Assembly: GCA_964510025.1 (NCBI GenBank) | Contig: CAZDZV010000002.1 | Coordinates: 1-64,000 of the forward strand | Direction of reading: 5' to 3' | DNA: 64,000 nucleotides | From: an uncultured Methanosarcinales archaeon | GTDB taxonomy: Archaea > Nanobdellota > Nanobdellia > Woesearchaeales > DATDXC01 | Shown: positions 49,150-59,505 of the stretch, one piece after another | How the letters are laid out: every line of letters begins with the position of its first letter | Numbering within the stretch: the first letter of the stretch is position 1 | Position numbers and translations under genes: made by a program | The notes under the pieces: model-generated | The model's input: only the letters and a program-made list of their open reading frames with translations | The model's database searches: none | What the model was told of the DNA's origin: nothing

Positions 49150-49920
49150 ATGACGACCCTAGAGCTTGATTTAAACAAATCTGTCGAAGAGAATGCATCT
49201 GACTATTATGACAGGGCCAAGAAGATAAAGAAAAAGATAGATGGAGCCAAGGAAGCGCTGGAAGAGAGCAAAAGGAAACTGAAAAAGCTTGAAAAGGAGA
49301 AAAGCAAGGAAATAAAAACTGAGGCAAGGAGATCAAAGAAAGAATGGTATGAGAAATTCAGATGGTTTTTTACTTCTACAGGATTCCTTGTCATAGGCGG
49401 CAGGGATGCGACTACAAATGAGATAATAATAAAGAAGCATACATCCAAAAATGATATTATATTTCACACAGACCTTAAAGGGAGCCCTTTTTTTGTAGTC
49501 AAGAATGAAGAAAGCAAGGATATAGACAAGAAAACCTTAAGGGAAACAGCAGATGCAACTGTCTCTTACTCAAGGACATGGAAGCTTGGGTTGTCGACCA
49601 GCCCTGTCTTCTACGTGAAGCCGGAACAAGTGACAAAACAAGCTCCAACTGGCGAATATCTCGTTAAGGGAGCGTTTGTCATAAGGGGCAAGACGAACTA
49701 TATGGATAACCAGGTCAATCTTGCCATAGGCATAACAGAAGAAGGTGCAGTAATGGGCGGGCCCTTTGATTCTGTGAAAGCCAACTGCACAGGATTTGTT
49801 GAGATAAAGCAAGGCAATGAAAAGGTAAGCTCTGTTGCAAAATATATCCAAAAGAAAATTGGCGGAGACCTGGATGAGATCATCCGGGCACTGCCAAGCG
49901 GCGGATGCGCTTTAAAATAG
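49150..49920 (+). CDS. NFACT RNA-binding domain protein (short RqcH/NEMF-like)
   Basis: NA..YY..AKK, WYEKFRWF, GGRDA..NE, APTGEYL.KGAF.IRG. Confidence 0.88.
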   Translation: MTTLELDLNKSVEENASDYYDRAKKIKKKIDGAKEALEESKRKLKKLEKEKSKEIKTEARRSKKEWYEKFRWFFTSTGFLVIGGRDATTNEIIIKKHTSKNDIIFHTDLKGSPFFVVKNEESKDIDKKTLRETADATVSYSRTWKLGLSTSPVFYVKPEQVTKQAPTGEYLVKGAFVIRGKTNYMDNQVNLAIGITEEGAVMGGPFDSVKANCTGFVEIKQGNEKVSSVAKYIQKKIGGDLDEIIRALPSGGCALK

Positions 49921-49956
49921 AAAAGTTTATAACTTATCCGGCTAAATTAGTTTCGG

Positions 49957-50736
49957 ATGGTGTCTAAATTTTTATGTCAGCAATGCGGCCAGTGCTGCAG
50001 CCATATCAGGGGGCTTATAAGCGAGCAGGACAGAAAATTCCTGAAAGAATTTGCCTACGGGAAGCTGCCACTGATTGCTGTCAAGCGTGTAGAAGAGATT
50101 TCATTCCCGCTGTGGGATTGGGAAGCAAAAAGATTTATCAAGTCAGCTGCAGAGAAAGGCATAGACCACAGGATAGAGCCATCCAGGGTTATGTATGACC
50201 TTAACGAAAACCAGTCTATTGTGGTCACATACTCAATCAGTTCTGATGCCTGCACTTTTCTGAAAGACAACAAGTGCCAGATATACAAGGAGAGAGGATT
50301 TATATGCAGGCTTTTTCCATTCCAGCACGGCCCTTTCCTCAAGCTGAACCAGGAGCTTAGGAAAGAGAATATGTTCGGAAGCTGTCCCTCCATTATGGGC
50401 ATCTTAGATGAGCTTTCAGACCAAAAAGAGACCCTTGTAAAGCAGCTTTATGAATCATTTGGAGAAAGCTTTCTGGCAGTAGTGCAGTCTGACATAATAA
50501 CAGAGTGGGTCAACTCAAAGATAGTGTTTATAATGAAGAACAGGCTGATCAGGCCAGCGCTGAACTACCCCTATGAAAAGCTTCTGAAGAGGATAGAGAA
50601 TTCAAAAAAGATCACTTTCACCAATTTCATGATAAAGAATGCCATGATAAGCAAGGGAGACATGGAAAAGACAATCAGAAGATTTGAGAATTTTGAGGAT
50701 GCTAGAGAGAAGATATCCCCCTTTCTTGATCAGTAA
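49957..50736 (+). CDS. YkgJ-family cysteine-cluster protein
   Basis: CQQCGQCC, CTFL...C.IY..R..ICRLFPF. Confidence 0.85.
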   Translation: MVSKFLCQQCGQCCSHIRGLISEQDRKFLKEFAYGKLPLIAVKRVEEISFPLWDWEAKRFIKSAAEKGIDHRIEPSRVMYDLNENQSIVVTYSISSDACTFLKDNKCQIYKERGFICRLFPFQHGPFLKLNQELRKENMFGSCPSIMGILDELSDQKETLVKQLYESFGESFLAVVQSDIITEWVNSKIVFIMKNRLIRPALNYPYEKLLKRIENSKKITFTNFMIKNAMISKGDMEKTIRRFENFEDAREKISPFLDQ

Positions 50737-50767
50737 TATTTTTATAGTTGAAAGCTAGATTCAAGCT

Positions 50768-51763
50768 ATGAAAAGGATTTACCTGTTCTTGCTTGCTCTT
50801 TCTGTGCATTTATGCTGTGCGCAGGATCCTTTAGGCCTGAATTACACAGGCCCTATCAAGATAGACTACTGGATATTGCTGAATTCCAAATCATACAGGA
50901 ACCTGGCCCCCCAGGAGATCTATGAGGGTGAAGCAGTGCTGGATAGCCTTGACTATTTGCATGCAGAGAACCTATATCCTGATGAGGATACATGGGGCAT
51001 ATTCACGGTAACTCAGATCCTAGACCAATATGCCAGCCTTCTATGGTCAAGAAGCGGCTCTGAGTTCGAGATTGTAGGTATTTTCTATGGATTCAGTGAC
51101 TATCAGGCCCGGCTGGATTCATATGAATCAGTCGGGGACATCTATACCTACAGCTCTCATGGGTATTTTGATTTATACAGACAGCCAAAAGGCTTATTTA
51201 ATTGGTCTCATGGGACCGCTGGGAGAACGTTTCTTGATGGCTATCTAGGTGTTGGAGACAGTAATGAGGCTGAGCTGCTGCTAAGCCTTGCTGCAAGAAA
51301 CGGTTCATGGAGAAGAGACGGAACAATGTACATGTGTTCTGCTTATCATATAGACTATGATAAGGTTGCAGGAAGCGGCTGGCTGCAGCCTTCAGGCCTG
51401 GGATATTTTCACGCCGGCATGGACTACGATGTAGTGGCTGATTTCGTGGACTGGCCTCTTAAGGGCACAGATCAAATAGACATGTACTATGCGCCGCCAG
51501 GAAGCTGCATAGACAACGACGAGGACGGATATGGCATGAAAGGCTCAGACATATCGGGCTGCTCTTTTGCAGAACATGATTGTGATGATTTCTCAGCTGC
51601 TATTCATCCGAATGCCATAGAGTTATGTGATGGCATCGACAATGACTGCAACGGAAAGACAGACGACAGCTGTGCAGCTAGTGCAGTTGACCTTGTAAGG
51701 AGTTTTATCATGGGATCGAATGTCAGGGACTTTTTTGTCAATCTGCCAACCATATTACAGTAA
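50768..51763 (+). CDS. Secreted protein with MopE-like putative metal-binding motif
   Basis: Signal peptide; CIDNDEDGY...DCDD...IHPNAIELCDGIDNDCNG. Confidence 0.75.
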   Translation: MKRIYLFLLALSVHLCCAQDPLGLNYTGPIKIDYWILLNSKSYRNLAPQEIYEGEAVLDSLDYLHAENLYPDEDTWGIFTVTQILDQYASLLWSRSGSEFEIVGIFYGFSDYQARLDSYESVGDIYTYSSHGYFDLYRQPKGLFNWSHGTAGRTFLDGYLGVGDSNEAELLLSLAARNGSWRRDGTMYMCSAYHIDYDKVAGSGWLQPSGLGYFHAGMDYDVVADFVDWPLKGTDQIDMYYAPPGSCIDNDEDGYGMKGSDISGCSFAEHDCDDFSAAIHPNAIELCDGIDNDCNGKTDDSCAASAVDLVRSFIMGSNVRDFFVNLPTILQ

Positions 51764-51795
51764 TGTTTTTATATCCTATAATCAAAATTCATGAT

Positions 51796-54700
51796 ATGAA
51801 AAGGCTATTTTGCTTTATATTGCTTATTATTGTCTCCCAAGCATACGCAGCTGACTATAAACAGGGAGAGGTTATTATAAAGCTAAAAACAGCTAGACAG
51901 GATTTCTTAAGCATAAAAAGCGACAATGCTGATTCGCTAGCGATTTTGATAGACAAATATGGATTGTATGATGCAAAGCCAATATTCGTGGGATTGCACA
52001 ACCATGCAATGTATGACGAGCACAGTGATGTCCCTGATCTTATACAGATTTATCTTCTGAAAACAGATAAGGATGTCCTACAGCTGGTTAAAGAACTAGA
52101 AAATGAAAATAACATTGAATACGCAGAGCCTAACTATCTTGTTCGGATAGACAATACCCCAAATGATCCTGATTACAGGCTCCAGTGGTCGCTGAACAAC
52201 TCTGGGCAGGTACCCGGTCTCAGCAGCACTCCTGATGCTGATATCGATGCTGAAGAAGCATGGAACATTCATACAGGTGGCCCTGGCGCTGTTGTTGCGA
52301 TAGTCGATACAGGCGTTGACTACAACCATCCGGACATAGCAGACAACATGTGGATCAATGAGGATGAGATAGCCGGGAACGGCGTGGATGACGACCAAAA
52401 CGGCTATATTGATGATATATACGGCTACGATTTTGACAGTCTGGAGCAGTCACAGAGAGATCCTGATCCAATGGACAACACAGGCCATGGCACTCACTGT
52501 GCAGGTATTGCAGCTGCCAGGGGCAATAATAGCATAGGGATCACCGGGGTCTCCTGGAAATCCAGGATAATGGCCCTTAAGTTTATCGGAAGCACAACCG
52601 GCACCTTAAGTGATGCAAGCGAGGCTTTCTATTACGCTGTTGACAATGGTGCAAAGGTAATCTCCAACAGCTGGGGCATCGAGGAATACAGCTACGTGAT
52701 GAAGGATGCAGTAGAATACGCAGATGCCAACGGTGTGGTGGTTGTCGCGTCCGCAGGCAACTCAAACAGGGACAAGGCTGAGGTGCCTGCCCTTTACGAA
52801 GAGGTAATCGCGGTAGCGGCTACAGATGCAAATGATGAAAAGGCATATTTTTCAAATTTCGGGGACTGGATAGATGTTGCAGCACCTGGCGTGGATATAC
52901 TCTCCCTCAAGCCAGGAGGCGGCACCACGATAAAATCCGGAACGTCCATGGCCTGCCCGCATGTGGCAGGATTAGCTGCGCTGCTCTTTTCCTATTCGCC
53001 TGAGCTTACTGAAGACGAAGTCAGGAGAATTGTTGAAAAAAGCGCTGATGACCTGGGAGCTGCTGGGAAGGACTATTTTTTCGGGAACGGCAGGATAAAT
53101 GCATATAGGGCTTTGTTGGGAAGCAGCAGCTACATAGAGAATCCGGGCAAATATCTAAGCGGAACCGTGGCTATAAGAGGCAGTGCCTTTTCTCCATTGG
53201 GCTTCGTGAGGTATGAGCTGTACTATTCAGACGGATTGAACAATACAGCAATATGCAGTTCAGAAGATTCAGTGGAAGAAGGAGTACTATGCATGTGGAA
53301 TACCTCTTCAGCTCCTGAAGGCAGGCTTTCATTGGTGCTGAAGGTTGTTTTCGAGGATGAAGAGGTAAATGATAGTGTTGATGTTATTGTGGACAACAGG
53401 AACGATCCCCCTTATTTCAGGTTCCTGCATAATCATGGCACAATAAGAGACAAAAGAGTGGTATTCAAGATAGAGGCAGCGGATATTGATGATCCGGAAC
53501 AGCCGAGAGGCCGGCTTTCCTATTCAGCACTGAATCTTCCTGCCGGAGCGGTATTTGAAAACCTTACGTTCTCATGGAACGCATCAGGGGCCTGGAGAAA
53601 CTTAACCTTCACTGTGGAGGACAGCCAGCACTTGGTTTCCAAAAGCATCTGCATCGACATAGTGGAGATAGCTTCCAAGCTCATAGCCAACGACAGCTCA
53701 TTCAGGAATTATCCCTCTGTACTGGAAAATAAGGTGATATGGAATGACAGGAGGACCGGACAAGATATTATATATATGTATGATCTTGATTCTATGGAAG
53801 AGACAGAGATAGCTGAAGGCAGGTCTGCCAGCATCCATGGAGACCTGATTGCCTTTTCCAGGTATGTTGATGCAGATGAGAACATCTTTCTGCACAACCT
53901 TTCCAGCGGGGCAACCATACAGCTAAATGAAGATTTAGGCTACCAGATAAATCCAGAGATTTCAGACAGCACAATCATCTGGCAGGACAATAGAAATGAC
54001 AGTTCAGACATATATAGCTATGATCTGGCTTCACAAACCATCTCCAGGATAACAGATGACAGGATAAGCCAGGGCCACACTGCACTAGACGGAAAAAAGA
54101 TCGTATGGGTAGAATATTACAAACTGGGTATTTTTAATGTGGGTGACGGTGTCTATATATATGATCTTGAATCTGGTGAAAAATCGCAGATATCTCGAGC
54201 ATCCTATTCGTTCAGGGCCCTGATAGACCTGATTGCTCCTTCGATAGATGGTGAAACAGTTGCATGGAACGAAAAAATAGGGGGCAGCAACAATATCTAT
54301 GCCCTTTATGGTGGTAAAGAAATACAGCTGACAGCAGATTATGGAGAAGAATACAATCCGTCTGTATATGGGGATAGGATTGCTTTCATAAGGGATTATG
54401 ATATATACCTGTTTGATATGGCGAACAATAAGGAAATAAGGGTAACCCATGATGGACAGTTTAAGCACTATGTGGACCTCTATGACGACAAGATAGTATG
54501 GTCCAGCCTTGAAGGGATAAATATCGCTGAGATCTCTGAGTATGTAGGGATAAGCACCTGTGAAGAGCTGCAGCAGATGAATTCTGACCTGACAGCTGAC
54601 TACCAGCTAACCGAAGATATTGACTGCTCTGAAACAAGTAATTGGAACAATGGGCAAGGATTCGAGCCTGTGGGCGGATATGATATACCTCAGGAGGATG

Positions 54701-55833
54701 CAGCCGGTTTTTCCGGAACCCTGGACGGTCAGGGGTTCAGGATTTCAGGACTTTACATCAACAGGCCTTCTGAGAACTATGTAGGCCTGTTCGGCTCTGT
54801 TGCTGATTCTGGCACTGTGAAGAATGTTTTGCTGGACAATGCCGGCGTAACTGGAAAAGGCAGCGTAGGTGCTATAGCAGGATATTCCAGGGGCGAAATC
54901 ATCAGATGCAATGTGAACAATGCCATGGTTTCAGGTTCTTTACGGGTTGGCGGTGTGCTCGGGGATTCTGCCAGGGATGTTGACGGGGAAGGGTATGTGG
55001 CTAATTGCTCTTGCTCTCACGCCAGGGTAACCGGCATCTCCGAAGTGGGCGGACTTGTTGGCTATAACGGGGGCGAGATCCTTTCAGGGCATTCATCAGG
55101 GCATGTGAACGGCACTACAGCCATAGGCGGATTAGCAGGCCACAACCCGTGCGGCGGACTGGTGAGGAATTCAAGCTCGAGCTGTATTGTACATGGTGAA
55201 CAGCATGTAGGGGGCTTGCTGGGCGCTGACACAGGCGATCTGCATGGCTCGTTTGCAACAGGCGATGTTTTCGGTATTCTAAATGTAGGTGGACTATGCG
55301 GAAAGAAACAGGAATGGGCTCTCAACAGCTATGCAACAGGCGATGTTGCAGGTGAGACGAATGTCGGGGGCCTTATAGGCTATGGGGAGGTATTCAGCCT
55401 GCCGACAAACTCATATGCGACTGTGGATGCTAGCGGAACAAGCAATGTAGGCGGTCTGGTGGGGTATAATTCAGACCAGTTCAACAAGATAGAGAACTGC
55501 TTTGCAGCAGGCAAGGTGAGCGGATCTGACAATGTCGGAGCCATTGCAGGCAACAACAATGGCATGGAGATAGTCAACAGCTACTACCTGAACAACACCA
55601 TAAATGGCTGTTCAGGAGATGGAAGTGGGATATGCAATCCGGCCGATAATGAATCATATTTTTATATTGTAGATAATGCTCCCATGGCCAGCTGGGATCA
55701 GGTATGGGCCTTCAATGGAAGGAGCTTCCCTGTCCTGGGCTGGCAGGATCTAAAGTTGGTATCCTTGAGCCAATGGCTAGAAGGCAAGCTGGGAGTTGAT
55801 ATGCTTTTTGGTGCTTTGTATGATAACAGCTGA
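51796..55833 (+). CDS. Secreted S8 protease with TolB-like propeller repeats and GLUG repeats
   Basis: IVDTGVDYNHPD, GHGTHCAG, SGTSMACPHVAG; IW.D.R...DIY.YDL repeats; VGGLVG repeats. Confidence 0.9.
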   Translation: MKRLFCFILLIIVSQAYAADYKQGEVIIKLKTARQDFLSIKSDNADSLAILIDKYGLYDAKPIFVGLHNHAMYDEHSDVPDLIQIYLLKTDKDVLQLVKELENENNIEYAEPNYLVRIDNTPNDPDYRLQWSLNNSGQVPGLSSTPDADIDAEEAWNIHTGGPGAVVAIVDTGVDYNHPDIADNMWINEDEIAGNGVDDDQNGYIDDIYGYDFDSLEQSQRDPDPMDNTGHGTHCAGIAAARGNNSIGITGVSWKSRIMALKFIGSTTGTLSDASEAFYYAVDNGAKVISNSWGIEEYSYVMKDAVEYADANGVVVVASAGNSNRDKAEVPALYEEVIAVAATDANDEKAYFSNFGDWIDVAAPGVDILSLKPGGGTTIKSGTSMACPHVAGLAALLFSYSPELTEDEVRRIVEKSADDLGAAGKDYFFGNGRINAYRALLGSSSYIENPGKYLSGTVAIRGSAFSPLGFVRYELYYSDGLNNTAICSSEDSVEEGVLCMWNTSSAPEGRLSLVLKVVFEDEEVNDSVDVIVDNRNDPPYFRFLHNHGTIRDKRVVFKIEAADIDDPEQPRGRLSYSALNLPAGAVFENLTFSWNASGAWRNLTFTVEDSQHLVSKSICIDIVEIASKLIANDSSFRNYPSVLENKVIWNDRRTGQDIIYMYDLDSMEETEIAEGRSASIHGDLIAFSRYVDADENIFLHNLSSGATIQLNEDLGYQINPEISDSTIIWQDNRNDSSDIYSYDLASQTISRITDDRISQGHTALDGKKIVWVEYYKLGIFNVGDGVYIYDLESGEKSQISRASYSFRALIDLIAPSIDGETVAWNEKIGGSNNIYALYGGKEIQLTADYGEEYNPSVYGDRIAFIRDYDIYLFDMANNKEIRVTHDGQFKHYVDLYDDKIVWSSLEGINIAEISEYVGISTCEELQQMNSDLTADYQLTEDIDCSETSNWNNGQGFEPVGGYDIPQEDAAGFSGTLDGQGFRISGLYINRPSENYVGLFGSVADSGTVKNVLLDNAGVTGKGSVGAIAGYSRGEIIRCNVNNAMVSGSLRVGGVLGDSARDVDGEGYVANCSCSHARVTGISEVGGLVGYNGGEILSGHSSGHVNGTTAIGGLAGHNPCGGLVRNSSSSCIVHGEQHVGGLLGADTGDLHGSFATGDVFGILNVGGLCGKKQEWALNSYATGDVAGETNVGGLIGYGEVFSLPTNSYATVDASGTSNVGGLVGYNSDQFNKIENCFAAGKVSGSDNVGAIAGNNNGMEIVNSYYLNNTINGCSGDGSGICNPADNESYFYIVDNAPMASWDQVWAFNGRSFPVLGWQDLKLVSLSQWLEGKLGVDMLFGALYDNS

Positions 55834-56398
55834 ACAGATGAAAAAACTGGAAGACAGATCTGAGAAGCTCGGGGTCAGCAAGCTGCAGCTCATGGAAAAA
55901 GCCGGAAAAGGCTTATATCAGGTTGTCAGGAAAAGATATCCTGATGCAATAAAGATATTGGTAGCGGCTTACCATGGCAACAACGGAGGAGACGGGTTTG
56001 TGGCTGCTAGGTATCTATGCAATGAGTATGAAACAGATATCCTTTTTATTGGAGACAAAGAAAGACTCAAGGAGGAGGGAAGAGTGAATTTCAGAAAGAT
56101 CAGGGGTCTAGTGGTGGAAAGGGCTGATTTTGATGAATATGATGTGATCATAGATGCGCTGCTCGGCACAGGCATCAGGGGAAGGCTGAAGGGAAAGGTC
56201 GCAGATATAATAGAAAGGATAAACCAGGCAAGAGCAGCCAAGATATCTGTCGATATTCCATCTGGAATGGACCCTGACACAGGTGAAATCGCAGATGTTG
56301 CTGTTGATGCTGACCTGATAGTATGTTTTCATGATATTAAACAAGGGCTGTCCACGCTTGAGAAAAAGGTGGTGGTTGTGGACATCGGGATAATATGA
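55820..56398 (+). CDS. nnrE: NAD(P)H-hydrate epimerase (YjeF N-terminal domain)
   Basis: LMEKAG, GNNGGDGFVAARYL, DALLGTG, SVDIPSG. Confidence 0.93.
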   Translation: MITAEQMKKLEDRSEKLGVSKLQLMEKAGKGLYQVVRKRYPDAIKILVAAYHGNNGGDGFVAARYLCNEYETDILFIGDKERLKEEGRVNFRKIRGLVVERADFDEYDVIIDALLGTGIRGRLKGKVADIIERINQARAAKISVDIPSGMDPDTGEIADVAVDADLIVCFHDIKQGLSTLEKKVVVVDIGII

Positions 56399-58473
56399 GA
56401 AAATCTGGTCTCTTGATATTGATATGCATGCTGGTTCCAGGGATCGCAGCAGAAATCTCTTTCATAAGCAGCTGCAGCATAATAAACCAGTCAGGGGTAT
56501 TCATGCTTAACCGGTCCATATTTGGGCATGCAGATGAGTGCCTGACTATAGATGCAGATAATGTTATTTTTGACGGAAACAGCTTTTCATTAACAGGTGA
56601 TGGCTTAGACGACAGCATAGGCATCTATGTCAGAACAAGCCTGAATGTGACAGTCACCAATTTCCGCAACATATCTGATTTTGAATATGGGTTGGTGCTT
56701 TCCTCTGCCAACGATTCATTAATTGAGGACATTCAGCTTGACAATAAAAGGGATGACATATATCTTGTTGCAAGCAACAGAAACAAGATTATCAATGTGC
56801 ATTCGAAGGATAGGACCCATCTCAGATTTTCTGGGGACAACCTTTTTTTTGACAATAATATGAGCAACATCTACCTGTACCAGAGCTCAGACAATATTGT
56901 TTCTAACAATAGCATAGGGATTGCCGGTATTGACCACAGCTCCGGTAATCTGATCACAAGCAACAGGATCGACGGCTCAGAGCATATTGGTGGAAAGGCC
57001 ATACATGTAAGCTATGGCTCAAATAACACGATTGCCAACAATACCGTAGCTGGGGGCATAGGCTATGGAATATATATGAATCGTGTCGGTGAAAACAACA
57101 AGCTGATTGGGAACACCATAGCAGACGGCCGGAAGGGCATCCATATGGAGTATTGCGAAGCCTCAAGCCAGGACAATAGTGTAATCCATAATATGGAGTC
57201 TACCTTGTTCAAGGATATTGATGAGATCGACAGGTTTTATAGAACAGGTGCGCCTGTAGTGTTCAACATCACCTATCCTGACCTTAAGCCGGCTGCAGTG
57301 GCCAGCTATGATATAACCATCTATCCAAATACCGAGTATCAAAGCTATATTGAATCAAATAAGATTTTCCTTTACTTTGTGCCTGAAAAAGAAGGTGTAT
57401 ACAGCCTAAGGGTCAATGTAAGTGTTCCTACAGGTGATCAGGAAACAAGAAATTTTTATCTGCTTGTCGGCGACATAAAAAAAGGGCTTCAGAGGTATTA
57501 TATGCACGAGGACTTCCCTCAGCATGGGCAGCCATACAATCCTGTTGCATTTGATTCGGGCGCCATGCTTGGCTATCCGACGTCAGAGGAGGAGATAAGA
57601 TACTGCGGAGCATGGGTGCAGTTTTCACCAGACTATATCGGTGTGCCGATGTTCCTTATCTACAATATTACGGCGGCATGGCAGTATTCAGGAGGATCTG
57701 TTGTCTCATCCAGGCTCCAGAGATATACTACCCTAAGCTCTGTTGGGGATTACCTGATCTATCTTCCTGTGACAGAGAATTACGGCTACAACCCTACTGA
57801 CTATACCTTCAATATAACCAGCTTCTATGTAAACATCACATCTGATTATATAGCCAGGCCTTATTATATCGCGCTCAAGCTTGTGGCATCCTGGCCTTAT
57901 GTAAAATCAAATGCCTCAGATCAAAGTTATGCTGATATATGGTACTATTATTCCGGTCCAAAGATACTAGATATAGGGCATGATATAGGAGATACAAGGC
58001 TGCTGGCAGCCTTTTTTTCGGATGAAAGAAACGCCACTTTCCTTTTTGAAGGCGGGGGACAGACCAGTCTTGAAGTCGGCGTGGACGAGCTCTACAGGCA
58101 TGAGGCAGTGTATAATGGAAACAGCTGCGCTGGCAGTCCTGGCTGCTCTGTGGATATTTTACAGGGCAGCATCAACATTTCTATTGATGTAGATGATTTT
58201 GCCTCATTGAGCATCTTAACACTATGCGAAGATAAGGATGGTGATGGCTACAATGTAAGCAGCGGAGCCTGCGGGGCCAATGACTGCAATGACTCCCTTG
58301 CTGCCGCCAACCCTGGAGAAGATGAGATATGTGACGATGATGCTGATAATGACTGTGATCTTGAGATAGATGAAGATGGCTGCCTCATCGATAGGGATAT
58401 CGTAGCTCAATGGCTGGAAAACAGCAGGGACCTAGAAAAGCTGTTCATCATATTAATAGATATATTTAAATAA
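56395..58473 (+). CDS. Secreted beta-helix (NosD-like) protein with MopE-like motif
   Basis: Signal peptide, N.I.NN repeats, CEDKDGDGY...DCND...NPG..EICDD..DNDCD. Confidence 0.75.
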   Translation: MRKSGLLILICMLVPGIAAEISFISSCSIINQSGVFMLNRSIFGHADECLTIDADNVIFDGNSFSLTGDGLDDSIGIYVRTSLNVTVTNFRNISDFEYGLVLSSANDSLIEDIQLDNKRDDIYLVASNRNKIINVHSKDRTHLRFSGDNLFFDNNMSNIYLYQSSDNIVSNNSIGIAGIDHSSGNLITSNRIDGSEHIGGKAIHVSYGSNNTIANNTVAGGIGYGIYMNRVGENNKLIGNTIADGRKGIHMEYCEASSQDNSVIHNMESTLFKDIDEIDRFYRTGAPVVFNITYPDLKPAAVASYDITIYPNTEYQSYIESNKIFLYFVPEKEGVYSLRVNVSVPTGDQETRNFYLLVGDIKKGLQRYYMHEDFPQHGQPYNPVAFDSGAMLGYPTSEEEIRYCGAWVQFSPDYIGVPMFLIYNITAAWQYSGGSVVSSRLQRYTTLSSVGDYLIYLPVTENYGYNPTDYTFNITSFYVNITSDYIARPYYIALKLVASWPYVKSNASDQSYADIWYYYSGPKILDIGHDIGDTRLLAAFFSDERNATFLFEGGGQTSLEVGVDELYRHEAVYNGNSCAGSPGCSVDILQGSINISIDVDDFASLSILTLCEDKDGDGYNVSSGACGANDCNDSLAAANPGEDEICDDDADNDCDLEIDEDGCLIDRDIVAQWLENSRDLEKLFIILIDIFK

Positions 58474-58494
58474 ATAGCTCTTACCTCTCTCATT

Positions 58495-59277
58495 ATGAAA
58501 TATATCTCAGAAAAAGACATCAGGCTGCCCAGACGCAGATCCGGCAGCCGAAAGGGGGACAATGGAAAGGTTCTGATCATAGGCGGATCTGAAGATTATG
58601 TTGGAGCTGTTGCCTTGGCAGGATTGGCTGCTTTGAGGAGCGGGGTTGATTGGGTGACTGTTGCTGCCCCTGAGAAGGTCGGCTGGGCAATTAATTCGCT
58701 GACATCGGACCTGGTTGTCAAGAAATTCAATAGGTTTATCGTCTCAGACTTCTTGAAGCTTGAAAAGGGTTTTGACGCGGTGCTGATAGGCAGCGGGATG
58801 GGCATGAGGAGCGGGCGGTTTGTGAAAGCCTATACAGCGAAGACCAGAAAAAACCTGGTGATAGACGCAGACGCATTGAAGCTTATCCGGATCCAGGACG
58901 TAGAAAATTCAGTATTAACCCCCCATAAGAAAGAGCTGGAGATGCTATTGAAAAATTCCAAAATGACCAAAAAAAACATGAGAAAGAACATAGGCAGCAA
59001 TGTTCTTCTGGTCAAAGGCAAGACAGATGAGATAATGACAAAGAGCAGAAGCTACTGCAACAAAACAGGGAATGCAGGGATGACTAAGGCCGGAACAGGG
59101 GATGTCTTAGCAGGGTTATGCGTTGGATTTCTTGGGCAGGGGCTGAGCCTGCTGCAGAGCGCCATAAATGCAGCTTATTTCAACGGATTGGCTGGCGATA
59201 TCCTATTAAAAAAGAAAAAAGGATTTACATATCTGGCTTCTGACCTGGCTGATGAGATCAAACGAATTCTAAAATAG
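58495..59277 (+). CDS. nnrD: ADP-dependent NAD(P)H-hydrate dehydratase (YjeF C-terminal domain)
   Basis: KGDNGKVLIIGGS..Y.GA, VIDADAL, LTPH..E, AGTGDVLAG. Confidence 0.94.
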   Translation: MKYISEKDIRLPRRRSGSRKGDNGKVLIIGGSEDYVGAVALAGLAALRSGVDWVTVAAPEKVGWAINSLTSDLVVKKFNRFIVSDFLKLEKGFDAVLIGSGMGMRSGRFVKAYTAKTRKNLVIDADALKLIRIQDVENSVLTPHKKELEMLLKNSKMTKKNMRKNIGSNVLLVKGKTDEIMTKSRSYCNKTGNAGMTKAGTGDVLAGLCVGFLGQGLSLLQSAINAAYFNGLAGDILLKKKKGFTYLASDLADEIKRILK

Positions 59278-59355
59278 AAACATTTATATAATATTAAATT
59301 TAATATTATTTAAAATTTATTAATAAATATTTAAAAGAATATTATAAATAATATT

Positions 59356-59505
59356 ATGGTAAAGATACAGAAACTCCCGACAGGACAGCTCGTCATCACT
59401 ATCCCTAAAGTTATTGCTGAATATGAGGGGCTGCAGAAAGGCATGGAGCTGGAATTCAAGAAACATAAGCATGGATTCCTGCTCGAGTTTAAAGGAGGCA
59501 GATAA
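59356..59505 (+). CDS. AbrB/MazE/SpoVT-type DNA-binding protein (49 aa; absent from ORF track)
   Basis: MVKIQKLPTGQLVITIPKVIAEYEGLQKGMELEF; stop overlaps the next ATG. Confidence 0.8.
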   Translation: MVKIQKLPTGQLVITIPKVIAEYEGLQKGMELEFKKHKHGFLLEFKGGR

